Source: a virus
Strand: one strand, 5' to 3'
Virus genome (UHGV): UHGV-0238489
Length of the DNA stretch: 34,103 bases
Positions 8,609-18,035 of this stretch are shown piece after piece. The notes under the pieces were generated by a model. That model saw only the letters and a list, made by a program, of their open reading frames with translations, made no database searches and was not told the origin of the DNA. The position numbers and the translations under genes were made by a program. Position 1 is the first letter of the stretch. Each line of letters starts with the position of its first letter.

Positions 8609-9625
8609 TTATTCTGATTCGAGGCTGTAATCTTTGAAGCGGATCACCTCCATTCCGAGCCAGTCATTTATCTCTTTGAAACGCTCCTGCAGCGGCGTCA
8701 GTTCGTTACGCACAAACACCCGCGCCACCTTCTCAACGTCACCCATTGAACCAATATTCTCAGGCTTGCCGCCCATCAACTGAAACGGCACGCGGTGCGC
8801 ATCGAGCAGGTCGGCGGCGCTCACCTTTTTGATATTGAAAAAATCATCCTTCGTGGCGACTTCACTCAACGGCACAATTTTGATCCCGTCTGGCTTGCCG
8901 TTGGGCGCGTAGAAAAACAAATTTTTGAAATTCCCGAGTCCTTTCGAGTCGCGCATCGCGTTGCGGAGCGATTCAACGTCGGTACTGCTTTGCGCGGCGT
9001 CGGTGACGTACATGATGTATCCCGCGTGTGCGCCATTCTGGTAATACTTGCGGCGAAACAGGGTGGCGGATTCATTCAGCCAGGCGGAATTTAGCGCGCT
9101 CAGGTATTCCGGCATCCCGTACAGCTCCTGATTGATATCAGGCTCAAGCAGATGACACACCGAGCCGGGGGCGAACGGGTGCGGCTGGGTGTAGCTCGAC
9201 ACGTACCAGTAAACGCCATCCTCGACACCCCGGCGGGTGTATTTAGCTGGTGAAGTTTCCAGCTTTAAGAGCTGGCCGGTGACGCTCATGCGCTTCTCAA
9301 GGTAGCCGTTGGCAAATACCAGATAATCGAGTACCAGGCGGCTGAAGTCCTGACGTGACAGCAACGGGTGCGGAATGTAGGTGCTAACCAGAATGTTACG
9401 TTTCACGTAAATCGGGGAACTGTGATGGACGGCGGCGCGCAGGCTTTTTGCCAGTCCCGAGAAGTTGACCGGCGGCTCGTACCATTTCCCGTTATGGATA
9501 CATTCGACGTAATCGAGAATATCGCGGCGATCCAGAACCGGGGAAGGCTCACCAAAAGTAAACGCCTCCATTTTTTGCGGTGCGCTGGCGGTCATTGTGA
9601 CGGGTTTCGTCTGTCGTTTTTTCAT
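8609..9625 (-). CDS. Q: portal protein (P2 Q-like), 338 aa
   Basis: Length and position next to cos, convergent with the terminase gene. Forms the leftward late operon Q-P. Confidence 0.85.
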   Translation of the reverse strand: MKKRQTKPVTMTASAPQKMEAFTFGEPSPVLDRRDILDYVECIHNGKWYEPPVNFSGLAKSLRAAVHHSSPIYVKRNILVSTYIPHPLLSRQDFSRLVLDYLVFANGYLEKRMSVTGQLLKLETSPAKYTRRGVEDGVYWYVSSYTQPHPFAPGSVCHLLEPDINQELYGMPEYLSALNSAWLNESATLFRRKYYQNGAHAGYIMYVTDAAQSSTDVESLRNAMRDSKGLGNFKNLFFYAPNGKPDGIKIVPLSEVATKDDFFNIKKVSAADLLDAHRVPFQLMGGKPENIGSMGDVEKVARVFVRNELTPLQERFKEINDWLGMEVIRFKDYSLESE

Positions 9626-9626
9626 C

Positions 9627-11396
9627 TTAGTTAATATCCAGAATTGAGGTTGATTGCATACCGCTCCCGGCGGAAAGCGGTTCGTTTAACAGGGCGTGCA
9701 TGGTCGCCCACGCAATATCCGCGTGGCTGGCTTCCTCGCTGCGGCTGGCTTCATAGGTGGCACTGCGCCCGCTGCTGGTCATGGTTTTACGGATCGCCAT
9801 AAATGACTGCGTGATGTCGGTTGCACCGGCGTCGTATTCCAGACACCCGCGACGGATGGTGTCTTTCGCTTTCAGCACCATCGCGATTTTCATTTCCGGC
9901 GTGTAGCGAATGGCGCGCGCTGCCGGGAAGAAGGAGCGCACGAGCTGGTAAACACCCTGGCCGATGCCGGTCGCATCGATGCCGATATACTCGACGCAAT
10001 ATTTCTCGGTCAGCTCGCGGATGGCCTCGGCCTGCGTCGCAAAATCCATCCCTTTCCACTGGTGACGCTCAAGGATGCGGAACTTGCCACCGGCAACCAG
10101 TGGCGGAGCCAGTACCGCACAGCCTGCACTGTCGCCGGTGTGCGACGGGTCATAGCCAATCCAGACCGGGCGCCAGTTAAACGGTCGGTCAGAGAACGGC
10201 GCAAAGTCTTCCCATTCTTCCATCGCATCGACCATGCAGCGCTGCAGCTCCTCGAACGGGAATACCGACGCTTTATCGTCGACAAATTCGCACATGAAGA
10301 GGTTGCGGAAATCTTCGGCGCTGTTTTCCTGTTTCAGCTGATCCAGATTAAACAGCGTGCATCCCCCGGCGAGTGCGTCCTCGATGGTGACAATCTGCCG
10401 CCACTGTCCGTCCGGGCACAGTACGCCACCGGCGAGCGCCTTATGACTGATATCGATGTCGACGCGCTCGCTCGCGCGGCTGCGTCCCCGGTTAAACAGT
10501 TCACCTGACCAGAACGGATACGCGCTATGTGCCAGCGTCGAGGGTGTTGAAAAGTAGGTGGTGCGCAGGTGTGACTGTGATGCCATCCCCGAGGCGACTT
10601 TGCGCAGCCGCTGAAAGTTGGGGATCCAGAAGATTTCATCGACGTACAGGTCGCCGTTGTGGCTCTGTGCGGTGTTGGAGTTCGTCCCGAGGAAAATCAG
10701 CTCTGCGTCGTTGTTACCGATGACAATCGGGTCGCCCGACAGGTCGACGTCGACCATGCGCGCGAAGGCGATGATGTACTTTCGGAACACGTAAGCCTGC
10801 GTCTTACTGGCTGACAAAAATATCTGGTTTTGCCCGGTCTTGAGCGCGCGCAGCAATGACTCACGCGCAAAGTAAAATGTCGCGCCAATCTGGCGTGATT
10901 TGAGGATGTGGCGGATGCGGTGCGCGATACCGGCCTTGTGCCAGTTGAGCTGATATTCAAAAGACTGATCGAAGAAAATCTCTTCGAGCTTTTCGATGGC
11001 CTCATCGCTGAAAAAATTACGTTTTGGCTTTTTGCGATCCCCTTTATTACGGCTCGCAATGTTGGGGTTTAAATCCACCTCGTTTCCGGTATGGCCGTAG
11101 CGGTTAATGCGTGCGAACCGTTCCATCTGGCGCGATAGAAAATCAGCGACCTTGAAGTCATGCGGCGTCAGGTCAGGCTTTGCATAAAGCTGGATCAGGC
11201 GCGCCTCGAGCGTCGTTTCCACGCGGTTAAGCGGGGCGGTTTCCTCCCACCCGTCGCGCTGTTTCCAGCTCTGCACGGTCGGGCGCTTGACCTGCAGTGT
11301 GTCGGCGATTTGTGGCACGGAAAATCCCTGCCAGAACAACAGACGCGCCTGTCGTCGCGGGTCATGCAAAAGGGAGAGGTCAGTCGAAATGGTCAT
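9627..11396 (-). CDS. P: terminase large (ATPase) subunit (P2 P-like), about 589 aa from MTISTD
   Basis: ORF 9627-11426. The internal ATG at 11396 has an upstream GAGG. Walker-A-like region and size match P2 P. It is divergent from O. Confidence 0.85.
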   Translation of the reverse strand: MTISTDLSLLHDPRRQARLLFWQGFSVPQIADTLQVKRPTVQSWKQRDGWEETAPLNRVETTLEARLIQLYAKPDLTPHDFKVADFLSRQMERFARINRYGHTGNEVDLNPNIASRNKGDRKKPKRNFFSDEAIEKLEEIFFDQSFEYQLNWHKAGIAHRIRHILKSRQIGATFYFARESLLRALKTGQNQIFLSASKTQAYVFRKYIIAFARMVDVDLSGDPIVIGNNDAELIFLGTNSNTAQSHNGDLYVDEIFWIPNFQRLRKVASGMASQSHLRTTYFSTPSTLAHSAYPFWSGELFNRGRSRASERVDIDISHKALAGGVLCPDGQWRQIVTIEDALAGGCTLFNLDQLKQENSAEDFRNLFMCEFVDDKASVFPFEELQRCMVDAMEEWEDFAPFSDRPFNWRPVWIGYDPSHTGDSAGCAVLAPPLVAGGKFRILERHQWKGMDFATQAEAIRELTEKYCVEYIGIDATGIGQGVYQLVRSFFPAARAIRYTPEMKIAMVLKAKDTIRRGCLEYDAGATDITQSFMAIRKTMTSSGRSATYEASRSEEASHADIAWATMHALLNEPLSAGSGMQSTSILDIN

Positions 11397-11426
11397 GGTT
11401 GCCTCGTGTCGGTGAATACGGGGCAA

Positions 11427-11562
11427 GGCTAAGGAAATAGCCGGGCATTATCGCTAACCCCCTGTTGTATCAGGGGTTGCACTTCCGCAAGCGGTGGCTG
11501 ATGCGGGGCGGAGTCGGGAAACTACCCCCGAACCGAAAACCCAACATCAGGACACCTGAACA
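11427..11562. promoter_or_regulatory. divergent late promoter region (P_P / P_O type, Ogr-dependent)
   Basis: Intergenic region between the divergent P and O late operons. Contains the partial dyad cccctgttgtatcagggg. Confidence 0.4.
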
Positions 11563-12417
11563 ATGGCAAAGAAAGTATCTAAATGGTTTCGCATCGGCGT
11601 CGAGGGTGACACCTGCGATGGCCGTGTCATCAGTGGTGATGACATTCAGGAAATGGCGGATTCCTTCGACCCGCGTGTCTATGGCTGTCGTATTAACCTC
11701 GAACACATCAAAAGCCTCTGGCCTGACAGTCCGTTTAAGCGTTATGGCGACGTGACCGAAGTCAAAGCCGAAGTCATCAGCGATGACTCTGCGCTGAACG
11801 GCAAAAAGGCGCTGTTTGCCAGAATTGCCCCGCTTGATGAGCTGGTCAGCATGGTACGCGCCGGTCAGAAGGTTTACACCTCGATGGAAATTCGCCCGAA
11901 TTTCTCCAACAGCGGCAAGTGTTACCTGATTGGCCTCGCCGTCACGGATGATCCGGCAAGCCTCGGCACTGAATACCTGGAATTCTGCAGCCGCGCCAGC
12001 CAGAACCCGCTCGCCGGTAAAAAAGACCAGCCGGGCGATCTCTTCTCGGTGGCTTCCCTTGCTGAGCTGGAATTCGAGGACGTCCCCGACACCATGCTCA
12101 ACAGCCTGACCGACAAGGTTAAATCGATTTTCAGCCGCAAACAGATCAGCGATGACGCACGTCTTGCAGATGTGCATGAAGCTGTGACGGCGGTCTCTGA
12201 GCAGGTGCAAACCAACCTGACCGCCACCGAAACGCGCGTCACCGAACTCGAAACCGCCTTTGCCCAGCTAAAGCAGGACGTGACCAGCCAGACCACGCAA
12301 AGCTCGCAGGCGTTTAACGCCCTGAAAAACTCCCTCGATAACACCGAAAGCCATCGCCAGCCGCGCCGCGAGAAGTCGAAAGGCGGAACGGGCGACGAGC
12401 TGCTGACCAACTGCTGA
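11563..12417 (+). CDS. O: capsid scaffolding protein (P2 O-like), 284 aa
   Basis: Same length as P2 O. First gene of the rightward late operon. Confidence 0.85.
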   Translation: MAKKVSKWFRIGVEGDTCDGRVISGDDIQEMADSFDPRVYGCRINLEHIKSLWPDSPFKRYGDVTEVKAEVISDDSALNGKKALFARIAPLDELVSMVRAGQKVYTSMEIRPNFSNSGKCYLIGLAVTDDPASLGTEYLEFCSRASQNPLAGKKDQPGDLFSVASLAELEFEDVPDTMLNSLTDKVKSIFSRKQISDDARLADVHEAVTAVSEQVQTNLTATETRVTELETAFAQLKQDVTSQTTQSSQAFNALKNSLDNTESHRQPRREKSKGGTGDELLTNC

Positions 12418-12477
12418 TAACCCGCCGGGTGTGCGTCACCCGGCCTGATGCCCCTATTTAGAGAAACAGGAATAACA

Positions 12478-13545
12478 ATGCGTAAAGATACCCGCTTTAA
12501 ATTTAATGCTTACCTGTCCCGCGTGGCTGAGCTGAACGGCGTCGACACCGACGATGTGGCAAAAAAATTCACCGTCGAGCCGTCCGTGACGCAAACCCTG
12601 ATGACTACCCTGCAGGCGTCATCCGCGTTTCTGACCAAAGTGAATATCGTGCCGGTCGACGAGCTGAAAGGCGAAAAAGTCGGGGTGGGCGTTAACGGTA
12701 CGATTGCGAGCACCACCGATACCGCCGCTGATGATGAGCGTAAGACCGCTGATTTTACCGCGCTCGAATCCAACAAATACGAATGCGCGCAAATCAACTT
12801 CGATTTCCATATTCGTTACAAACAGCTCGACCTGTGGGCGCGATTCCAGGACTTTCAGACCCGTATCCGTGACGCGATTATCAAGCGCCAGTCACTCGAT
12901 TTCATCATGGCCGGTTTCAACGGTATCACCCGGGCGGAGACTTCAAACCGTAAAAACAATCCGATGCTGCAGGATGTCGCGGTGGGCTGGCTGCAGAAGT
13001 ACCGCAATGAAGCAGCAGCGCGCGTGATGTCAAAAATCACCGATGAAGACGGCAAGGTCATTTCCGATGTGATCCGCGTGGGTAAAAACGGTGACTATGA
13101 AAACCTCGATGCGCTGGTCATGGATGCGACCACCAACCTGATTGATGAGATTTATCAGGATGACCCGGAGCTCGTCGTTATCACTGGCCGTAAGCTGATG
13201 GCGGATAAATATTTCCCGCTGGTCAACAAGGCGCAGGAAAACAGCGAAACGCTGGCCGCTGACATCATCATCAGCCAGAAGCGCATCGGCAACCTGCCTG
13301 CCGTGCGCGTGCCGTACTTCCCGGCGAATGCCCTAATGGTGACGCGCCTCGATAACCTGTCGATTTACTTCATGGATGACGCACACCGCCGCGCCATCAT
13401 TGAAGAGCCGAAAAAAGACCGTATCGAAAACTACGAGTCAATGAATATTGACTATGTGATCGAGGCTTACGCGGCCGGTTGTCTGATTGAGAACATCAAT
13501 TTAGTGGACTTCACTGCACCTGCTGCACCGGAAAGCGGGGAATAA
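12478..13545 (+). CDS. N: major capsid protein (P2 N-like), about 355 aa from MRKDTRF
   Basis: ORF 12448-13545. The ATG at 12478 is preceded by AGGAA. Size matches P2 N. Confidence 0.85.
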   Translation: MRKDTRFKFNAYLSRVAELNGVDTDDVAKKFTVEPSVTQTLMTTLQASSAFLTKVNIVPVDELKGEKVGVGVNGTIASTTDTAADDERKTADFTALESNKYECAQINFDFHIRYKQLDLWARFQDFQTRIRDAIIKRQSLDFIMAGFNGITRAETSNRKNNPMLQDVAVGWLQKYRNEAAARVMSKITDEDGKVISDVIRVGKNGDYENLDALVMDATTNLIDEIYQDDPELVVITGRKLMADKYFPLVNKAQENSETLAADIIISQKRIGNLPAVRVPYFPANALMVTRLDNLSIYFMDDAHRRAIIEEPKKDRIENYESMNIDYVIEAYAAGCLIENINLVDFTAPAAPESGE

Positions 13546-13548
13546 GCC

Positions 13549-14316
13549 ATGACGAGTCCCGCAGCGCGTCACATGATGCGGGTCTCGGCCTCTGAAACTG
13601 CGCGGCGGGCTGCTGCTCCGCTGCGCAATGCAACTGCCTATGAGCAGATGCTCGTCAAGCTGGCCGCAGACTGTCGCACGTTAAAACAAATCCGCTCCAA
13701 CGAGCGCAAGGCAGACAAAAAGCGTGAGCTGCTGCCGTTCTATCTGCCGTGGGTGGCTGGAGTCATCGCCAGTGGTAAAGGGGCGCAGGATGACATCGTC
13801 ATGACCGTCATGCTCTGGCGTCTTGATGCTGATGACATTGCTGGTGCGCTGGACATCGCCCGTTATGCGATGACGTATGGCCTGACCATGCCGACCGGCG
13901 GTCATCGCCGCACCACGCCGTATTTACTGGCCGAAGAGGTCGCACTGTCAGCACAGCGCCTGCTTGATGCAAAACAGCCTGTCGGGCTGTCGCTCCTGCT
14001 CGACACCATCACCCTGACCGAACGCGCAGACATGCCCGATATCGTGCGTGCGAAGCTGCACAAAATCACCGGCTATGTGCTGCGTGATGCTGGCAACCTG
14101 ACTGACGCGCTGGCGCACCTGCAGCGAGCGATCCAGTTAGAGCGGGCTATCGGTGTGAAAAAGGATATTGAGCAGCTTGAACGCGCGCTGAAACCCAAAC
14201 CAGAACCAAAACCAAAACCAGAACCAAAACAGAATAAACCGCGCACGCGCAAACCTGCCGCGAAACCGGCGGCACGGCGCGGGCGTCCCCCGAAAGTGGC
14301 AAAAGCCGCAGGTTAA
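13549..14316 (+). CDS. M: terminase small / endonuclease subunit (P2 M-like), 255 aa, with a C-terminal PEPKPK repeat
   Basis: Position after N. Basic C-terminal tail with (KPEPKP)n low-complexity. Confidence 0.8.
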   Translation: MTSPAARHMMRVSASETARRAAAPLRNATAYEQMLVKLAADCRTLKQIRSNERKADKKRELLPFYLPWVAGVIASGKGAQDDIVMTVMLWRLDADDIAGALDIARYAMTYGLTMPTGGHRRTTPYLLAEEVALSAQRLLDAKQPVGLSLLLDTITLTERADMPDIVRAKLHKITGYVLRDAGNLTDALAHLQRAIQLERAIGVKKDIEQLERALKPKPEPKPKPEPKQNKPRTRKPAAKPAARRGRPPKVAKAAG

Positions 14317-14415
14317 CCGAGCGCTCCCCGAGCCGGGCGGCACGCCGGTCAATGCGGGTATTGATTGCCCTGACTGCGACCGGCGTCCACCGCCCACCCA
14401 TTACCCGAGGTTGTC

Positions 14416-14922
14416 ATGACGACAGTGATTATTGAGCCAAAAAAAGAGCCGCAGGACGTGCCGGGCGTGGTGATACCGCCACCGGGCGTGAGTGAGCCGG
14501 TAATAAAAAACACCTTCTTTTTTCCTGATGTTGATCCGAAGCGCGTGCGTGAGCTGATGCGTTTGGAGCAGACCGTTTCCCCGCTGCGTCTGAATGATGC
14601 GATTAAAGCCGGTATGGCCGAAACCAATGCGGAGCTTGCCCTGTGGCGGGTTGAGCAGATGGCCGCAGGTTATCAGACGCTGGCGGATGTGCCTGCCGAT
14701 GATATCGACGGTGAAAGCGTGCGCTGCTTCCACTATTTCCGCGCCGTTTGCGCCATGACCAGTGCCACCCTGTTTGAACGCTATCGCGGCATCGATGCGA
14801 CGGCGAAAGGCGACCGCAAGGCGGAAAGCACCGAGGCGGTTATCGATGAACTGTGGCGGGATATGCGCTGGTCTGTGGCGCGTATTCAGGACAAGCCGCG
14901 CTGCATTGTCGGCCAAATCTGA
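14416..14922 (+). CDS. L: head completion / stabilisation protein (P2 L-like), 168 aa
   Basis: Size and position match P2 L. Confidence 0.8.
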   Translation: MTTVIIEPKKEPQDVPGVVIPPPGVSEPVIKNTFFFPDVDPKRVRELMRLEQTVSPLRLNDAIKAGMAETNAELALWRVEQMAAGYQTLADVPADDIDGESVRCFHYFRAVCAMTSATLFERYRGIDATAKGDRKAESTEAVIDELWRDMRWSVARIQDKPRCIVGQI

Positions 14923-15125
14923 TGAAGGTTTACGCGATGCAGGGTGACACCCTTGATGCGATTTGCGCCCGGTATTACGGGCGCACTGAGGGCGTCGTTG
15001 AAACGGTGCTGCAGGCGAATCCGGGGCTGTCAGAGCTGGGCGTGATTCTGCCGCACGGCACGGCCATTGAACTGCCCGAAACCGACAGCGCCCCGAAAAC
15101 CGAAACGGTGAATCTATGGGACTGA
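14922..15125 (+). CDS. X: tail protein X-like, 67 aa (MKVYAMQGDTLD...)
   Basis: The ATG overlaps the L stop (aTGA). Contains a LysM-like GDTLDAICARYYG motif. Size matches P2 X. Confidence 0.7.
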   Translation: MKVYAMQGDTLDAICARYYGRTEGVVETVLQANPGLSELGVILPHGTAIELPETDSAPKTETVNLWD

Positions 15126-15337
15126 GTGTGGAAAAAATCACGACGTTTATCGCTTACTGGCTGGCCGTGGGGCTGGCGTATTTCGGGGCGATGTCCCCTG
15201 AAAAGCTGGCGCTCTATGTGGGGAGTGCCTGCGCCATTTTCACCGCGCTGACGAACTACTGGTTTAAGCGCAAAACCTTTCGCTATCTGAAATCCCTCGG
15301 ACTCGATAAGGGGGCGATACGTGAGCTCAATCATTAA
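15116..15337 (+). CDS. Y: holin-like small membrane protein (P2 Y position)
   Basis: A 73-aa ORF with two hydrophobic segments and a charged C-terminus, directly upstream of the endolysin. Confidence 0.55.
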   Translation: MGLSVEKITTFIAYWLAVGLAYFGAMSPEKLALYVGSACAIFTALTNYWFKRKTFRYLKSLGLDKGAIRELNH

Positions 15338-15833
15338 ACGCTGCAGTGTGGCCGCCGTGCTGGCGCTGGCGGCGCTGGTGCCTGACTTTCGTCTGCTTAA
15401 CACCTCGCCCGAGGGACTGGCACTGATTGTCGACCTCGAAGGATGTCGCCTGACGCCTTACCAGTGCAGCGCGGGTGTGTGGACGTCAGGTATTGGTCAC
15501 ACTGCCGGTGTCGTCCCGAAAGGGGATATTACCGAACAGCGCGCGGCGGAAAACCTCGTTGCGGATGTCCTCAACACTGAGCAACGGCTCGCGGTCTGTG
15601 TGCCGGTGGATATGCCACCGCGCGTCTATGACACGCTGGTCAGTTTTGCCTTTAACGTGGGAACTGGTGCCGCCTGCCGCTCGACGCTGGTCTCGTATAT
15701 CAAACGTCATCAGTGGTGGCAGGCGTGCGACCAGCTTACCCGCTGGGTGTACGTGAATGGAGTCCGAAACCGGGGGCTGGAAAACCGACGCGATCGGGAA
15801 CGAACTTATTGCATGAAAGGGGTATCCCTATGA
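15321..15833 (+). CDS. K: endolysin, GH24-type lysozyme with hydrophobic N-terminal segment (P2 K position)
   Basis: LEGCRLTPYQCSAGVWTSGIGH matches the phage lysozyme catalytic E...D...T pattern. The N-terminal AAVLALAALVP segment is signal-anchor-like. Confidence 0.75.
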   Translation: MSSIIKRCSVAAVLALAALVPDFRLLNTSPEGLALIVDLEGCRLTPYQCSAGVWTSGIGHTAGVVPKGDITEQRAAENLVADVLNTEQRLAVCVPVDMPPRVYDTLVSFAFNVGTGAACRSTLVSYIKRHQWWQACDQLTRWVYVNGVRNRGLENRRDRERTYCMKGVSL

Positions 15834-16258
15834 AAAAACTGACATCACTGATTTTTGATTTCCTGCTGGCGCTGATGTTGTTCAGAGGACTGACTGACCC
15901 GCAAAGTGCGGCGGTCAACTTTGTTGCAGTGTGGGCGCTGTTTGATTGTCTGGTCTGCATTGCTGCCAGCTTTGCCGGTGTGGCTGCATATGACCACTGG
16001 CATAGGAACCGGCAAAAAGGTATTCCGCTGAATGACTCGGTAATGAAGATATTCCGCATGGTTTTTTGTCGTAAGCACTCCCCGCTGCGCCGCTTCTGGT
16101 CGTTGCTGTTTTTTACTGGCGTTTTTGCCTGCCTGGTCGGCGCGGGATGGGTGTTTACTGCGCTGCTGTATCTGATTTGTGCCCTGGTGCTTAAGGCTGT
16201 GCGCTCCGCTTACCGTCAGCGCATTGAGGGGGAAGGTTTGTGTCCAGATTCATTGTGA
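15830..16258 (+). CDS. lysA: LysA-like membrane protein (lysis timing), 142 aa
   Basis: The ATG at 15830 overlaps the K stop. Multiple TM segments. Position matches P2 lysA. Confidence 0.6.
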   Translation: MKKLTSLIFDFLLALMLFRGLTDPQSAAVNFVAVWALFDCLVCIAASFAGVAAYDHWHRNRQKGIPLNDSVMKIFRMVFCRKHSPLRRFWSLLFFTGVFACLVGAGWVFTALLYLICALVLKAVRSAYRQRIEGEGLCPDSL

Positions 16259-16668
16259 TTCTTCTGGCCGGTTTGCTCGCCGTGGTGCTGTGGCTGCGCC
16301 ATGATAACGCGAATTTATCCCGTTCCTTTGAAAAGGCAAACCGGGTCGCCAGCGAGCAAAAGACGACGATTGGCATGCTGAAAAATCAGCTTGCTGTATC
16401 GCAGCGGATCACCAGGACGAATGAAGCCGCGCAGGTCAGGCTTAGCGACGAGCTGAGCGCCGCCGGTGAGCTGGCGGCAAGACGTGAGCACACCATTACG
16501 AGACTGCTGAATGAAAACGAGGATTTACGCCGCTGGTATAGCGCTGATTTACCTGATGCTGTGCGCCGGTTGCACACCCGCACCAGCTGCGTCTCCGCCG
16601 CCCATTGTCTACAACGCCTGCCCGAAGGTGAGCCTTTGCCCAATGCCGGGAAGCGAGCCCACGACTAA
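16240..16668 (+). CDS. lysB: LysB-like (Rz-type inner-membrane spanin)
   Basis: N-terminal TM segment followed by a coiled-coil-like charged region. Contains an embedded out-of-frame lipoprotein ORF. Confidence 0.65.
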   Translation: MSRFIVILLAGLLAVVLWLRHDNANLSRSFEKANRVASEQKTTIGMLKNQLAVSQRITRTNEAAQVRLSDELSAAGELAARREHTITRLLNENEDLRRWYSADLPDAVRRLHTRTSCVSAAHCLQRLPEGEPLPNAGKRAHD

Positions 16669-16801
16669 CGGCGACCTGAGTGCTGATATTCGCAGGCTTG
16701 AGCACGCGCTCACCGCCTGCGCGCTCAAGGTCGAAACCATCAAAGACTGCCAGGATAAAATCGATGCAAAAAATGAAAAGCCTGCGCCAGGCGCTCACTG
16801 A
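16511..16801 (+). CDS. lysC: LysC-like (Rz1-type outer-membrane lipoprotein spanin), partly embedded in lysB in another frame
   Basis: Signal peptide with lipobox-like LMLCAGC. Proline-rich. Overlaps the 3' end of lysB, as Rz1 does. Confidence 0.55.
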   Translation: MKTRIYAAGIALIYLMLCAGCTPAPAASPPPIVYNACPKVSLCPMPGSEPTTNGDLSADIRRLEHALTACALKVETIKDCQDKIDAKNEKPAPGAH

Positions 16802-17231
16802 CGCCGTGCCGCAGTTAAAAACCAATCCCGAAATGATGCGTATCTTTGCCGATGAGGGAAATATCGATGCGCGTCTTGCCGCCTCGCTGTCACATGAAAA
16901 GAATTACACGCTGAATGTGATCGTCTGCGATTTTGTCGGCGACCCTGACCTGATTTTCGTGCCAGTGGTGGCGTGGCTCAGGGAGAACCAGCCGGATATC
17001 TGCACGCTGGATGAGGGGCGTAAAAAGGGCTATCGATTCCAGATGGATTTAAACGACGGGGATAATGTTGATATCAGTATCAGCCTGCAGCTCACCGAGC
17101 GCACGCTTGTCAGGGATGAAAACGGGGCTCTACACGTCAGCTATGCGCCTGAACCGCCATTACCCGAGCCGGTGACGCGTCCTACTGAGCTGTATATCAA
17201 TGGCGAACTGGTGAGCAAATGGGATGAATGA
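16764..17231 (+). CDS. R: tail completion protein R-like, 155 aa from MQKMKSL
   Basis: ORF 16680-17231. The internal ATG at 16764 gives 155 aa, as for P2 R. Confidence 0.7.
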   Translation: MQKMKSLRQALTDAVPQLKTNPEMMRIFADEGNIDARLAASLSHEKNYTLNVIVCDFVGDPDLIFVPVVAWLRENQPDICTLDEGRKKGYRFQMDLNDGDNVDISISLQLTERTLVRDENGALHVSYAPEPPLPEPVTRPTELYINGELVSKWDE

Positions 17232-17682
17232 ATTAAAGCCTTTTGATGACAAACTTGCGGGGTTGATTGCGGCAATATCACCTGCGGGTCGGCGTAAGCT
17301 GGCCGCTGAAATCGCAAAGGAACTGCGCAGATCGCAACAGCAACGCATCAAACAGCAAAAAGCACCTGATAGCTCACCGTATCAGGCACGAAAACGCCAG
17401 CCACTCAGGGCAAAAAAGGGGCGGATTAAAAAGGCGATGTTTCAGAAGCTGCGAACGAGCCGCTACATGAAAGCCAGTGGCCGCAGTGATACTGCCGTGG
17501 TGGAGTTCACTGGCAAGGTGCAACACATTGCGCAGATTCATCAATACGGACTTAAAGACCGGCCAAACCCTCATGCTCAGAACGTGCAATATCCAGCTCG
17601 TCAACTGCTTGGATTTAGCCACAATGAAGAGGTTATCGTTGAAAAAATAATCATCGAATATCTTGATAGGAAAAGGCTTTAG
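17224..17682 (+). CDS. S: tail completion protein S-like, 152 aa
   Basis: Overlaps the R stop. Size matches P2 S. Confidence 0.75.
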   Translation: MNELKPFDDKLAGLIAAISPAGRRKLAAEIAKELRRSQQQRIKQQKAPDSSPYQARKRQPLRAKKGRIKKAMFQKLRTSRYMKASGRSDTAVVEFTGKVQHIAQIHQYGLKDRPNPHAQNVQYPARQLLGFSHNEEVIVEKIIIEYLDRKRL

Positions 17683-18035
17683 AAACTCTAAGGTGATCCG
17701 TTAACAAAGGATTGAAAGGAACACCTTCCTTTTTATTCCCTAGATTTTATGCATTTAGTACTATTCTGCTCTTCCGGATACTACAAGTTTGGTTCTTAGC
17801 TCTAAGTTCTTGAGACCTCTCTTAATGAAAATACTAGTAAGAATGATGTTGTTCGTATCTTAATTTATTGTTATGTTTGGTTTTTTAGAGCTGTGGATGT
17901 TATCGTGATAACATCCTTAAGAACTCGATTTATCTATGATTTTTATGCTTCCGGAGGGCTTAAAAGTGCGTAATGAAATGGACTTTATTTGATTATTCAA
18001 TTTGGTATATGGTGTGTGCAAAACATTAATACAAT

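Noticed and set aside
9787-11059. Multiple ORFs (9787-10059, 9821-10180, 10010-10285, 10062-10508, 10334-10639, 10697-11059) overlapping the terminase gene P
   Set aside because: They lie antisense or out of frame inside a long, well-supported GC-rich gene. Their translations are Arg/Ser/Pro-rich with no motifs. These are typical spurious ORFs of high-GC DNA.
11470-12410. Antisense ORFs 11470-12210 and 11922-12410 opposite the scaffold gene O
   Set aside because: They fully overlap O on the opposite strand and O has the expected length and position. Treated as artefacts.
14137-14401. Possible CRISPR-like or satellite repeat at the (KPEPKP)n region, and antisense ORFs 14137-14397 and 14147-14401
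   Set aside because: It is a short coding hexanucleotide repeat inside gene M. There are no spacers and no repeat-spacer periodicity. The antisense ORFs are artefacts.
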